Virus record (IMG/VR): IMGVR_UViG_3300024283_000098
Coordinates: 1-39,060 of that record
Origin: a virus
Lineage: Duplodnaviria > Caudoviricetes
Direction: 5' to 3' (one strand)
DNA: 39,060 nt
The number at the start of each line of letters is the position of its first letter. Positions within the stretch are counted from its first letter, which is position 1. The notes under the pieces are model-generated. The model was not told the DNA's origin, did no database searches, and saw only the letters and a list, made by a program, of their open reading frames with translations. Both the position numbers and the translations under genes were made by a program. Shown here in pieces: positions 26,606 through 36,050 of the stretch.

Positions 26606-27094
26606 ATGGCAGCATTCCCCGTTCCCGCTGGCTCGGTCATCGTGGTGCCGGGCGGCCCGGACAACACGCTTCCCGGACAGCCGCCCGGCATCTGGGGTGG
26701 CGCGCCGCCCTTCATCGACAATACCCTGCCGCCGCCGCCCCCTGGCATCTGGCCGCCCCCCGTTGGCATTTGGCCGCCAACACCACTCCCGCCAAATCAC
26801 CCGATGCCACCCGGCAGTATCTGGCCGTCGCCTGGTGTGCCGACGCATCCGATTGCGCCTGGTGGTCCGCCGCCTGTCGTCGGGGGTGGTCCGGCTGTGC
26901 CACCGCCTATGCCGGGGCATGATTTGCCCTCGCAGAAATTCCTTGTTGCGATCGTCGCGGTGAGTGCGGCCGGTGGTGCGCGGGTCGTCGGTTATACGGT
27001 CGTTGATCCCTCCCTGTCGGTTGGTTATCCGCTGCCGTCCGTGCCAGGTGCGCCGAACCAAGATTTGCCGCCAACCGCGCAGCCACGGCGGTAG
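26606..27094 (+). CDS. Proline-rich repeat protein
   Basis: GGAG RBS in an AT-rich leader; DNTLP and PGIWP repeats. Confidence 0.7.
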   Translation: MAAFPVPAGSVIVVPGGPDNTLPGQPPGIWGGAPPFIDNTLPPPPPGIWPPPVGIWPPTPLPPNHPMPPGSIWPSPGVPTHPIAPGGPPPVVGGGPAVPPPMPGHDLPSQKFLVAIVAVSAAGGARVVGYTVVDPSLSVGYPLPSVPGAPNQDLPPTAQPRR

Positions 27095-27100
27095 TGAGCG

Positions 27101-27820
27101 ATGATCCCGGCCGACGTGCTCAACGAGGCGTCACGCCTGGCGCTCGCGGCCGGGGTCAAAATTCTGCAAGGCTTCCGCCTCGCTGACACCGATGCGGCGC
27201 ATGTCGCACGGTTGTTGGATTACATGCAGCCCGAGGCGGGCGAGACCTGGGTCGATATCGGCTGCGGTTTCGGCGAGGTGGCGCGACTGATGCACGCGGC
27301 CTGTCCCGACCTCAACTTCATCTTGGTCAACAATAACTATTTCCAACTGTCGCACGCGCCACGCGATTTCCTGCAACTGCACGCCGACATGCACGACCTG
27401 CCGCTGGAGGACGAAAGCGCCGATGGCTGCATGCTGCTGTATGCGCTGTGCCATGCCGAGCCGTTTGAGATGGCGCTGCGCGAAGCCGCCCGCGTGACAC
27501 GGCGCGGTGGGCGCTTACTGGTGTTCGATTACGAGCGGTTGCCCGACCAAACGCGGCCGACACATCCCGGCGGCGCGGCGCATGTGCCGGACTATGGGCT
27601 GGCTGACCCGAACCGGTTGATGCGCGAGCGGCTATTTGCGCGGGCAGTTCCGTTCGATGAGATGGTGGCAATTGCCGACATTGCCGGCTGGACGGTCGAC
27701 TGGCACGAAAACCCCGATGGCTGCGATGACGTGTTTCGCATGCTGTACGGCAACGATGAGGAATACGCCCGGATATTCGATGATCTACGGCCGGTGATCT
27801 GGACGGCAGTGCGGCGATGA
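27101..27820 (+). CDS. Class I SAM-dependent methyltransferase
   Basis: WVDIGCGFG motif I; ADMHDLPLEDESADG; REAARVTRRGGRLLVFD. Confidence 0.88.
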   Translation: MIPADVLNEASRLALAAGVKILQGFRLADTDAAHVARLLDYMQPEAGETWVDIGCGFGEVARLMHAACPDLNFILVNNNYFQLSHAPRDFLQLHADMHDLPLEDESADGCMLLYALCHAEPFEMALREAARVTRRGGRLLVFDYERLPDQTRPTHPGGAAHVPDYGLADPNRLMRERLFARAVPFDEMVAIADIAGWTVDWHENPDGCDDVFRMLYGNDEEYARIFDDLRPVIWTAVRR

Positions 27821-27838
27821 GTCCGCCCGAGGTGTCCC

Positions 27839-28072
27839 ATGTGTTTTAGTGTTGCGTGGCTGGTGCAACTCCTGGTCTGGTTGGTCGTGGTGTGCGGGCT
27901 TGTGGCGATCGCCATGCTGCTGCTGCCCATCCTGCTCGGTTGGCTCGGCTGGGCCGGCAGCATCGCCATGCAGGTCATCCGCATTGTGGTTGCGGTGATC
28001 GTCATCGTGTTCATCATCTATTTCTTATTCGACTTATACCAATGCGCCTTGGGCCGGCCGCTGCTGAGATGA
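27839..28072 (+). CDS. Two-TM membrane protein
   Basis: GAGG RBS; two long hydrophobic helices. Confidence 0.7.
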   Translation: MCFSVAWLVQLLVWLVVVCGLVAIAMLLLPILLGWLGWAGSIAMQVIRIVVAVIVIVFIIYFLFDLYQCALGRPLLR

Positions 28073-28809
28073 GCCCGATCGATCTGTCGCCGCTGGACCG
28101 GCACGAAAAGATTTGCCTAGCCTGGTCAGGCGGGAAAGATTCAACCGCCGTCCTGCACATGCTTCGTCACGAATTGCACCGTATCATTGTTTATCACTGC
28201 GATACGGGCGATCTTCTCCCGGAAATGCGCGAACACATCGCGATGTTTGAGGATGCCATTCCGAATTTCGTGCGCGTGCAGACCAACGTCGCCGCGTGGA
28301 ACATCGAACACGGCCTGCCGACCGATCTGATGCCGCACAGTCAGGATCGCGTCGGCCGGATGATGGGCGAGCACAAAATCCTGCTGACCTCGCGCTATGA
28401 TTGCTGCGTTGCGAACCTGATGGACCCGCTCTGGCAGCGCGTGAAAGCGGACGGCAACACGCTGCTGATCCGGGGTACCAAATCGGTCGACATGAAGCGA
28501 CTGCCGATGCAAAGCGGCGACGTGCAAGAGGGTATCGAGCTCTACTATCCGCTACAGGAATGGTCGCACGCTGACGTGTTCGCCTACCTGCGCGAGCATG
28601 GCATTCCGCTGCCACGGCTTTATCAGCACGTCACGAATGCGCCCGAGTGTGCGCGCTGCACCGCCTGGTGGCGTGAGGGACGTGGCGCCTATCTGGCGCA
28701 GTACTATCCCGATCTGGCGCGCGACTATCAGGCCCGGCTGAAGCTGGTCGCGGCGGAAATCGGCCCATCGATCGACGCGCTCGGCGGCGAACTTAGCGCC
28801 GGGCTCTGA
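28069..28809 (+). CDS. PAPS/APS-reductase-family PP-loop protein
   Basis: AWSGGKDS, CDTGD, CC-X80-CARC, YPLQEWSHADVFAYL. Confidence 0.85.
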   Translation: MSPIDLSPLDRHEKICLAWSGGKDSTAVLHMLRHELHRIIVYHCDTGDLLPEMREHIAMFEDAIPNFVRVQTNVAAWNIEHGLPTDLMPHSQDRVGRMMGEHKILLTSRYDCCVANLMDPLWQRVKADGNTLLIRGTKSVDMKRLPMQSGDVQEGIELYYPLQEWSHADVFAYLREHGIPLPRLYQHVTNAPECARCTAWWREGRGAYLAQYYPDLARDYQARLKLVAAEIGPSIDALGGELSAGL

Positions 28810-28812
28810 GCG

Positions 28813-30246
28813 ATGACCGCACTTGCCGAGGCAATCGCTAATTCCGGTAATCCGTGGGCGCTCTGTATCGAACAATACGGCCGCGCATTGAACGCGTTTA
28901 GTCGCGAAGTTCTGGGCTGTGAACCCGATAAGTGGCAGGAGGACACGAACAGGGCGATTTCCCAAGGCCATACGCGCATCGCTATTCGTTCGGGTCATGG
29001 CGTGGGCAAGACCAAGATGCTGGCAAACCTGGTCGTGTGGTTCACTTGCACGCGGTTGCCCTTCAAGGTTGGCATGACGGCGCCAAGCGCACCGCAGTTG
29101 CATGACGCGCTACTCGGCGAATTGCGCGCGGTGTACCGTTCGCTGCCGCTGGCGTGGGCCAATCTGTTCGACGTGCAATCCGATCGCGTTGAACTCAAGG
29201 CGCAGCCGGACAACTGCTTCGTCACCGCCCGCACGTCGCGCGCGGACAATCCTGAATCACTGCAAGGGCTGCACAGCGAAAATCTGCTGCTGATCATCGA
29301 TGAAGCGTCCGGCGTGCCGGAAGCTGTTTTCGAGGCGGCGATCGGATCGATGTCAACGCCGCGTGCCATCACGGTGATGACCGGCAATCCGACGCGGGCG
29401 ACGGGCATGTTCTGGCGAGCCTTCAACATGGAGCCCGAGCGCTGGTGGCTACGGAAGGTGTCGTGTCACGAAAGCCGGTTTGTCGATCCGGCGTTCATCG
29501 AGGAAGTGCTGAACCGCTGGGGACCGGACAGCAATCAGTACCGGGTGCGCGTGCTCGGGGAATTTCCGCTCGCCGAGGACGATACGTTGATCCCGGCGGG
29601 CCTGGTTGAAAGCGCCATGGAACGCGTCGAACTCCCGATGGTCGGCGCGCCGGAAATCTGGGGCGTTGACGTGGCGCGTTTCGGCAGCGATCAAAGCGTG
29701 CTGGTCAAGCGGCGCGGCAACCGTGTGACCGAACCCCCGCGCCGCTGGCAGGGCATCGATACCATGCAGCTCGCCGGGATCATCAAGAACGAATTCGATC
29801 TGACGCAACCGCAAAACCGACCGCAACTGATCGCCATCGACGTGATCGGCATCGGGGCCGGCGTGGTCGATCGGCTGCTGGAACAAAACCTACCCGTGCT
29901 CGGGGTCAATGTCGGTGAAGCGCCGCCGGTCGCCGGTCGCTTCATGCGGCTGCGCGATCAACTCTGGCTGTCGGTGCGCGAATGGCTGGAAACGCGTGCT
30001 GTCTCGCTGCCGTTCGATGACCAACTGCGCGCCGATCTGTGCGCGCCGCGCGTCACCTTCCTCAGCGATGGCCGCATGCAAGTCGAAAGCAAGCAGCAAT
30101 TGCGCGCGCGGGGGTTTCGCAGCCCAGATGCGGCCGACGCCCTTTGTTGTACGTTCGTTCCGAGTGGGATGGCGCTGCAACTGGGCCTCGGCAATCTGTT
30201 GAACACCCGCGTGCCGATCAGGGCGCCGATGCGAGCGATGGAATGA
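28813..30246 (+). CDS. terL: Terminase large subunit
   Basis: RSGHGVGKT, IIDEASGV, TGNPTR, GVDVARFGSD, SPDAADA. Confidence 0.95.
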   Translation: MTALAEAIANSGNPWALCIEQYGRALNAFSREVLGCEPDKWQEDTNRAISQGHTRIAIRSGHGVGKTKMLANLVVWFTCTRLPFKVGMTAPSAPQLHDALLGELRAVYRSLPLAWANLFDVQSDRVELKAQPDNCFVTARTSRADNPESLQGLHSENLLLIIDEASGVPEAVFEAAIGSMSTPRAITVMTGNPTRATGMFWRAFNMEPERWWLRKVSCHESRFVDPAFIEEVLNRWGPDSNQYRVRVLGEFPLAEDDTLIPAGLVESAMERVELPMVGAPEIWGVDVARFGSDQSVLVKRRGNRVTEPPRRWQGIDTMQLAGIIKNEFDLTQPQNRPQLIAIDVIGIGAGVVDRLLEQNLPVLGVNVGEAPPVAGRFMRLRDQLWLSVREWLETRAVSLPFDDQLRADLCAPRVTFLSDGRMQVESKQQLRARGFRSPDAADALCCTFVPSGMALQLGLGNLLNTRVPIRAPMRAME

Positions 30247-30288
30247 GACCGCTCGGCGACGTGATGGCGACAGTGTTGGAGAAGATCG

Positions 30289-30495
30289 ATGAGCGACGAC
30301 GCAAGCGTAACCGGCATCGAGCAGCTAAGGCAGCAATTCCAGCAGTTTTGCAGCACGCAACCAAACGAGGGCGGCCGATTGAGCCTGGCAAAAAGCAAGT
30401 GGAGCGAAGTGGAACACTTCCTGCGGGTCAACGCCGATCTCCACCGAGAGCGCCTGATGAATGATCTGACAACAACCGGAGAGCAGCACTCATGA
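30289..30495 (+). CDS. Hypothetical protein
   Basis: GGAG RBS; ATGA overlap with the portal gene. Confidence 0.5.
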   Translation: MSDDASVTGIEQLRQQFQQFCSTQPNEGGRLSLAKSKWSEVEHFLRVNADLHRERLMNDLTTTGEQHS

Positions 30496-33200
30496 GCGGC
30501 ATGCTGGCGCCGTCCGCGCCGTCCGGCGGGTTGTTATCATCAGGTATCGGCGGCAACGCGTTCGTCACGCCGGGCCGCATGAGCATTGCCACCATGCTGG
30601 ACCTGTCGCGGCCCGACGATGACCGCATGGCGGCGGCAATGCAGGCGGCGATGCCGGGCCTGCCGCTGGAATTGCAGCGCTACGAGGCCGGCTTGCAGCC
30701 GATGATCCCGCCATCCGGCACGCCCTGGCAGGAAGAGGTGATCTTCGACCGCATCGCCCGCGATGATAATTCGATCCAGGCGCAGATGCGGTCATATTTC
30801 AACGCGGCGCAGAGCTATGACCAGGCGCTGAGCACGGAACGCGTGCTGGCGTCGGAATACTACAGCGCCAAGCCGATGGGCGACGAGGAACCTGGCCGTT
30901 CGCGGCTGGTGTTGAGCACGGTACGCGATACCGTGCGCGCCACGCTGCCGTCCTTGCTCAGAATCTTCATGGGCGTCGAAAATCCGGTGGAATTTGTGCC
31001 GCTAATTGCGGAAAACGAACAACTCGGCCTGCTGCATGCCGATCTCGGCCGTAAAGCCACGCAATACGCCCATTGGAGCCTGTTCGTTGCCAATCCCGGC
31101 TGGCTGATCCTGCACGATATCCTGCTGAACGGTCTGACGCGCAAAGTCGGCTGGGCCAAGTGGCGCTGGGGTGCGCAACGGGCGGTCAGGCATGAGGAAT
31201 GCAACAATCTGCTGCTGCCGCAACTGCAATTCCTGCTGCAAGAGTCCGGTATCACGGCGCGACGCGTGGCGCGGCGGCCGATGCTGCCGCATGAACAGCG
31301 CGCGGTGGCTGCGACCATGGAAGGCGCCGCGTATCTACAAGCGGGTGGGCCGCCAATCCTCTATTCGGCGCAAATCACCCGTCACGCCGCGCGCGCCTGG
31401 CCAATTGTCGAGAGCATCATGCCCGAAGCGGTCTGGGTGGTGGCTGATGCGGATATGCCGGGCACCGCACGGGCGATCTTCCATGTGCGCGACGTGCCGG
31501 CCGGCGATCTGATCGCCGATGGCCTGCCGGCCGATAAAGTGCTGCGCCACGCCAGCGCCAACATCAACACCCGCAATCGTCGTGAGGCGGTGGCGCGCGA
31601 TTGGGCGTCGGGGCGATCGATCCGCTCCACCACGGTGCCGGATGATCCCGGCATGCGGATGGTGCGCTATGTCGAAGGTTGGTGTCAGATGGACACGGAC
31701 GGCGACTACATGGGCGAGTTGATCCATACCCATGCGCTCGGCAACAGCCCCGAACTGATCCGCTGGGACCGTTCCGACGAAATCCCGCTCGCCGCATTCG
31801 TGCCGTACAGGGAACCGGGTCGCATCATCGGCTATTCGCAAGCCGATATGGTGATGGACCTACAGCGCACCGAAACCCGCGTCATGCGCGCGGTGCTCGA
31901 TAGTCTCGGCCAGTCGATTTTTCCGAGAACGGTGATTCAACTCGGCGCCGTCAACATCGAAGACGCGCGGCAGACCGCGATCGGCTCGTTGATCCGCGTC
32001 ACCACGCAAGGCGCGGTGCAAGAGCTGACAAAACCCTTCACGGGGGCGCAGGCGCTGCCGGTGCTGGAACAACTGGAAGCGATTCGCGAAAGCCGCACCG
32101 GCATCACGCGCACCTCGCAAGGACTGACCGCTGACAGCCTGCAATCGACCACGCCGACGGCGGTCAACGCGCAAACTTCGGCCTCGCAAGATCGCATCGA
32201 CATGATCGCGCGCACCATGGCGGAAACCGGCATGGCGCCGCTGTATTCCGGCCTGGTGCGCATGCTGGCGCGGCAACAGGACCGACCGAACGTCTTATCG
32301 ATCCGAGGCGCCTGGACGACGGTTGATCCGCGTGCGCTGTCGATGCAGTGGAGTGTGCAGGTCAATGTCGGACAACGCGGCACGCCGGCCGAGCGACTGG
32401 CCATGCTGGCAACCATCGCCGGCAAGCAGGAACAGATTCTGGCGCCCGCCGTGCAGCAAGGCATGCTCGATACGCCGTTGGTCGGCTTGCAGGAGTATCG
32501 CAACACGCTGGCGCGCATGGTGGAGACGGCAGGATTTTCTGATGTGGTCAGCTACTTCAAGGAATTGCCGCCGGGCTGGCAACCGCCGCCACCACCACCG
32601 CCGAAGCCGACAACGGACGAACTGTTGGCCCAGGTCGAACAGCTCAAGGTGCAGCAGGACGCGGCCGACGATGCCGCGAAGCATCAGTATGATCGCGATA
32701 AGATGGTGCTCGACGACCAGCGCTCGCGGCAGGAGTCGGCGCTGAACGCCTGGGTGGCGGTGTGGCAGACCGCCGCAACGTCCGGCACGCCGGTGCCGCC
32801 AATCAGCGAATTCCAGCAAGCGGTGCGCGTGGATGATCAAGCCGCCGCGCTGACCTGGACGACGCTGGCGGGCACTCAACCCAAGCTGCCGGGGGTGACC
32901 TCCCCGCCGCCGGCCGCGTCCCCCGGCATTGCGGCGCCGCCGACCTTCGGGATACCGGCGCCGGCAACCGCCAGGGGTGGTCCGCCGGCCCGGCCTAAGG
33001 TGCTTCCCGCACTCACGCCGACCGGCGGACCAGTTCCATCGCTGCCGGCCGGACTGCCGCCGAATGCGTCGCCGCCGGGCTCGCCGCTCGGCATTAGCCC
33101 GGCCGCCGCGATTGCGTTGCGGCAACGCCTGATGGGTGGCGGGGCCAGTTCCGCTGCCAGTATGCTGGCCACGCGCGGCGCGCTGCCGCCCGCGTCATGA
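30492..33200 (+). CDS. Portal protein with Pro-rich C-terminal tail
   Basis: DEEPGRSRLVLSTVRDTVRATLPSLLRIF, RESRTGITRTSQGL, LQSTT; follows TerL. Confidence 0.88.
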   Translation: MSGMLAPSAPSGGLLSSGIGGNAFVTPGRMSIATMLDLSRPDDDRMAAAMQAAMPGLPLELQRYEAGLQPMIPPSGTPWQEEVIFDRIARDDNSIQAQMRSYFNAAQSYDQALSTERVLASEYYSAKPMGDEEPGRSRLVLSTVRDTVRATLPSLLRIFMGVENPVEFVPLIAENEQLGLLHADLGRKATQYAHWSLFVANPGWLILHDILLNGLTRKVGWAKWRWGAQRAVRHEECNNLLLPQLQFLLQESGITARRVARRPMLPHEQRAVAATMEGAAYLQAGGPPILYSAQITRHAARAWPIVESIMPEAVWVVADADMPGTARAIFHVRDVPAGDLIADGLPADKVLRHASANINTRNRREAVARDWASGRSIRSTTVPDDPGMRMVRYVEGWCQMDTDGDYMGELIHTHALGNSPELIRWDRSDEIPLAAFVPYREPGRIIGYSQADMVMDLQRTETRVMRAVLDSLGQSIFPRTVIQLGAVNIEDARQTAIGSLIRVTTQGAVQELTKPFTGAQALPVLEQLEAIRESRTGITRTSQGLTADSLQSTTPTAVNAQTSASQDRIDMIARTMAETGMAPLYSGLVRMLARQQDRPNVLSIRGAWTTVDPRALSMQWSVQVNVGQRGTPAERLAMLATIAGKQEQILAPAVQQGMLDTPLVGLQEYRNTLARMVETAGFSDVVSYFKELPPGWQPPPPPPPKPTTDELLAQVEQLKVQQDAADDAAKHQYDRDKMVLDDQRSRQESALNAWVAVWQTAATSGTPVPPISEFQQAVRVDDQAAALTWTTLAGTQPKLPGVTSPPPAASPGIAAPPTFGIPAPATARGGPPARPKVLPALTPTGGPVPSLPAGLPPNASPPGSPLGISPAAAIALRQRLMGGGASSAASMLATRGALPPAS

Positions 33201-33469
33201 GTGACTCGCCCAACATCTCTGAACAGCAGTTGCGTGAGGAGGCGCCGAAAGCGCAACGATTGCTGGACGACGAGTATTTCCAGACCATCACACGGGAAAT
33301 GCAGCTCGCCGCGATGGAGCAGGCGATCGTCGCGCCGACGCAGGAGCTGCGCAGCGATGCGCGTGTTGAAGTGCTGGTGCTGCGCAAGATGGTCGGGTAT
33401 CTGCAAGTGATTGCCGGCGGCGTGCGCGATATGGAAATGGCGCGGCAGAGCATGAAGGCGATGGAATGA
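33197..33469 (+). CDS. Post-portal small protein
   Basis: AQRLLDDEYFQ; ATGA coupling. Confidence 0.65.
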   Translation: MSDSPNISEQQLREEAPKAQRLLDDEYFQTITREMQLAAMEQAIVAPTQELRSDARVEVLVLRKMVGYLQVIAGGVRDMEMARQSMKAME

Positions 33470-33684
33470 AACGTCGACAGCGCACGCTGTTCGACGGCGA
33501 GCCGTTCACCTGCCTCGACTGCGGCTTTGTCAGCTACAATCCGAACGACGCCAAACACCGCTATTGCGCGCGTTGTCATCGCTTCATGGATGATCTGCGC
33601 AGTGACGCCGATGCGCGCTACGCGGCGCGGCGTTTTCAGGAAAGCTATCAGACACTCCTCCCGAAAAAAGGAACCAGGCAATGA
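33466..33684 (+). CDS. Small zinc-finger protein
   Basis: FTCLDCGFVSYNPNDAKHRYCARCHRF. Confidence 0.6.
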   Translation: MKRRQRTLFDGEPFTCLDCGFVSYNPNDAKHRYCARCHRFMDDLRSDADARYAARRFQESYQTLLPKKGTRQ

Positions 33685-34916
33685 GCGACACAGGCGGCAC
33701 GCCAGCCGGCGGCGCACCCGCAGCGGACGGCGGTAGCGCAGCGTCCGGCCCGGCAGCGGCCACACCGCCCAGCGGGCCGCGCCGGTCGGCGCCGGGACTG
33801 ACCAGTGACCGGGGCGGCATGACGCTCTCGCAGGGCGTCGCCGCGCTGCGCCGAGGCGCCGCGCCGAGCCCGGCGCCGGCAGCGGACGGCGCGCCACAAC
33901 CGTCGCCGATCCTGACCACGGAACCGGCGCCGCCACGACGCCGTGCCGCGCCGTCGCAACCGCAAGGCGCGAACGGCGCCGCCGCTGACGGCGGGCAGCA
34001 ACAGCCGCCGCAACAGCAGCAACCGCAGCGGCAGACCGCACCAGCCAGCGCGATCGACGCCGTGCTCGCCGCGCTGACGGGCGCCGACCGTGGCGCTGAT
34101 GGCGGCCAGCAGCAGCAAGGTAGTGAGCCGCAACCGGCGCCGACCAACGCGTATCTCCAGGGCGTGCCGCTGACCATCGAAGGCCAGCAGCGGCATTTCA
34201 CCGTGCCCGAATTGACCGACGCGGTGTCGAAGGCGAGCGACTACACCCGAAAGACACAGCAACTCGCCGAGCAGGCGCGCACGATCAACGAGCGGGCGCA
34301 GACCATCGATCAGTTGCTGCCGATTCTAATTCCCGAAATCGAGCGACAATTGCAGGCGATGGATGGCGGCGGTTTCGCCGAGCCGGACTGGATCGCGTTG
34401 TCCGCCGATCCGGCCGAGTATGCTCGGCAGAACGCCGCCTGGCGCGTGCATCAACAGCAGCGCGAGCAAGAGCGCGGCCGGCTGACGCAGATCATGCAGG
34501 CCAACCAGCAACGCGAGGCGCAGCAGCGGGCGGAACGCGTGCGTGTCAGCCATGCCGAGTTGGTGCGGACCCTGCCCGGCTGGGGCGATGAAAAAACCCG
34601 CAACCAACTGATCGGGGAAATGCGCGCCTGGGGCGCCAAGAACGGTTTCCCGGCCGCCGAGCTCGATCAGATCGTGGAGGCGCGGCATATCCGAACGATT
34701 GCCTGGGCGATGATCGGCCAGCGCATGGCGGAGGGCGCGCGTACCGCGACCTTGCAGGTGCCGCAGGTGAGGCGCGGCGGCGCACCGGCCGCGCCGGCAC
34801 CGGCGGCGGTGCGCAACGCCGAGGAACGCTTCGCCGCCACCCCGAACGTCAAGAGCGGTGTCGGGCTGCTGATGGCGCGGCGCGCCGCGCAGCGCGGCAA
34901 CGGCGCGGCCCGATGA
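33681..34916 (+). CDS. Capsid scaffolding protein
   Basis: DYTRKTQQLAEQ, EPDW..DPAEY, LPGWGD, GFPAAEL; between portal and capsid. Confidence 0.82.
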   Translation: MSDTGGTPAGGAPAADGGSAASGPAAATPPSGPRRSAPGLTSDRGGMTLSQGVAALRRGAAPSPAPAADGAPQPSPILTTEPAPPRRRAAPSQPQGANGAAADGGQQQPPQQQQPQRQTAPASAIDAVLAALTGADRGADGGQQQQGSEPQPAPTNAYLQGVPLTIEGQQRHFTVPELTDAVSKASDYTRKTQQLAEQARTINERAQTIDQLLPILIPEIERQLQAMDGGGFAEPDWIALSADPAEYARQNAAWRVHQQQREQERGRLTQIMQANQQREAQQRAERVRVSHAELVRTLPGWGDEKTRNQLIGEMRAWGAKNGFPAAELDQIVEARHIRTIAWAMIGQRMAEGARTATLQVPQVRRGGAPAAPAPAAVRNAEERFAATPNVKSGVGLLMARRAAQRGNGAAR

Positions 34917-35107
34917 CCAACGAAACGACCGACTTTGACGAAGAGCTTGGCAAGCTGATCTCAGAACTGGCAGCGCGCCCGGTTGAGATCGACAGTCGCC
35001 GCGTGCGCTGGTGCCTTGATCACGACATCCCGCCGTTCGCCAACGTTGCGGACGGCGGGTACGAGGCGTGGCAACTCGTGACGGACAAGGAGCTTGAAGG
35101 TGGCTGA
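34913..35107 (+). CDS. Hypothetical protein
   Basis: ATGA coupling to the scaffold gene. Confidence 0.5.
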   Translation: MTNETTDFDEELGKLISELAARPVEIDSRRVRWCLDHDIPPFANVADGGYEAWQLVTDKELEGG

Positions 35108-35282
35108 CCCGGTATCCAAGACCACCGTCCCTTTTGGTGACGGTTCGCTATGCTCTGGCGGCTTATGGATTGTCCGCGTTAGCGTCACATGCCCAGTGTG
35201 CGGCGCCCCACCGACTGGTGGCTGTCTCCGCGATCTGGAGTTGGTCTCTCGCGAAGAGATTGAAGGCAACGACCATGAGTGA
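35100..35282 (+). CDS. Small Cys-rich protein
   Basis: VTCPVCGAPPTGGC; overlaps neighbours. Confidence 0.45.
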   Translation: MADPVSKTTVPFGDGSLCSGGLWIVRVSVTCPVCGAPPTGGCLRDLELVSREEIEGNDHE

Positions 35283-35439
35283 CAAGACGACCGCACTTGA
35301 GGTCTGGATCGAGAACGAGAAGGAGCGCTTGGACGAGTTCGCTAATTGGTGGCGCCTTGGCCGACCGAGAACTGACTTTCCGTTGGCCATGCCTGATGGC
35401 GAATGGGATGAGCAATATCGCGCTTGGAGCGGAATATGA
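35275..35439 (+). CDS. Hypothetical protein
   Basis: LDEFANWW..FPLAMPDGEWDEQY. Confidence 0.5.
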   Translation: MSDKTTALEVWIENEKERLDEFANWWRLGRPRTDFPLAMPDGEWDEQYRAWSGI

Positions 35440-35651
35440 AAGACAACGAGAGCGCTTCCTCAACGACCCGATCTTACGAGCAACGCTGCATCACCTGTCG
35501 CCATAGCCACTTGCAGAACGAAGCGATCGGAGACTGTCGGGTGTTCCACAAAGATGTGCTCCACGAAAATGTGGAACCCTGCGGCAGTTACGCTGGTCGC
35601 GGCAGCGATGACGGCGCTGGTCAATCTGCTGGATGGGGATGGGAAGCATAA
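35436..35651 (+). CDS. Small Cys-rich protein
   Basis: CITCRH..GDC..PC; GGAG RBS, ATGA overlap. Confidence 0.5.
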   Translation: MKDNESASSTTRSYEQRCITCRHSHLQNEAIGDCRVFHKDVLHENVEPCGSYAGRGSDDGAGQSAGWGWEA

Positions 35652-35693
35652 AGCCGCCAGGGAGCCGGATTCGGTCAAATAGTAATTCGCTAT

Positions 35694-35722
35694 TTGACAG
35701 AGCGGCGCGGCTGCGCTGATAT
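35694..35722 (+). promoter_or_regulatory. Sigma70-type promoter for the capsid operon
   Basis: TTGACA-17 nt-TGATAT preceded by an AT-rich tract. Confidence 0.65.
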
Positions 35723-35729
35723 CGCCGCC

Positions 35730-36050
35730 AGCCGGGCCATGGCAGTCGCAGGACCAAGCAACGCCCGGTGAGCCGGTGGAGTCTTGCCAGACCAACCATC
35801 CCGGCGACGACGTGCCTCTGCGGCGGTGACCAGTGCCGCGCCCTCGCCGGCCAACCGGAGTCGCGTCGCGACCAACCGCACGGCCCGCCTGAAGCGGCAT
35901 CCGGCTCCTATGCGGAACCCCGGTCACGGGCGCGGCTTTGCAATCCGCGTGCGGCGACCAACACGCAGACCCACGGCTTGCAATCGTGGAACGGCGTCAC
36001 GGTTCAACGCGCGCGGTGCATCGCCGGGCGCACGCAACAGGAGTGAGGAA
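35730..36050 (+). ncRNA. Structured leader RNA with repeated stem-loop motifs upstream of the capsid gene
   Basis: Three A-GTC..GAC-CAA stem-loops, two related GACCA hairpins and two TTGCAA-loop hairpins. Confidence 0.65.

Noticed and set aside
27101-27820. DNA methyltransferase (CcrM-like partner of GcrA)
   Set aside because: No DPPY/NPPY or PC catalytic motif; resembles small-molecule MTases
28069-28809. cysH auxiliary metabolic gene or Dnd phosphorothioation system
   Set aside because: Lacks the ECG(L/I)H catalytic motif, and no dndA/B/D/E-like genes are present
35730-35990. CRISPR-like mini-array
   Set aside because: The repeats are short structural motifs with irregular spacing, and there are no cas genes
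35784-36050. 89-aa N-terminal extension of the capsid ORF
   Set aside because: Arg-rich junk-like translation; strong RBS at 36039-36048 and capsid-like sequence begins at 36051
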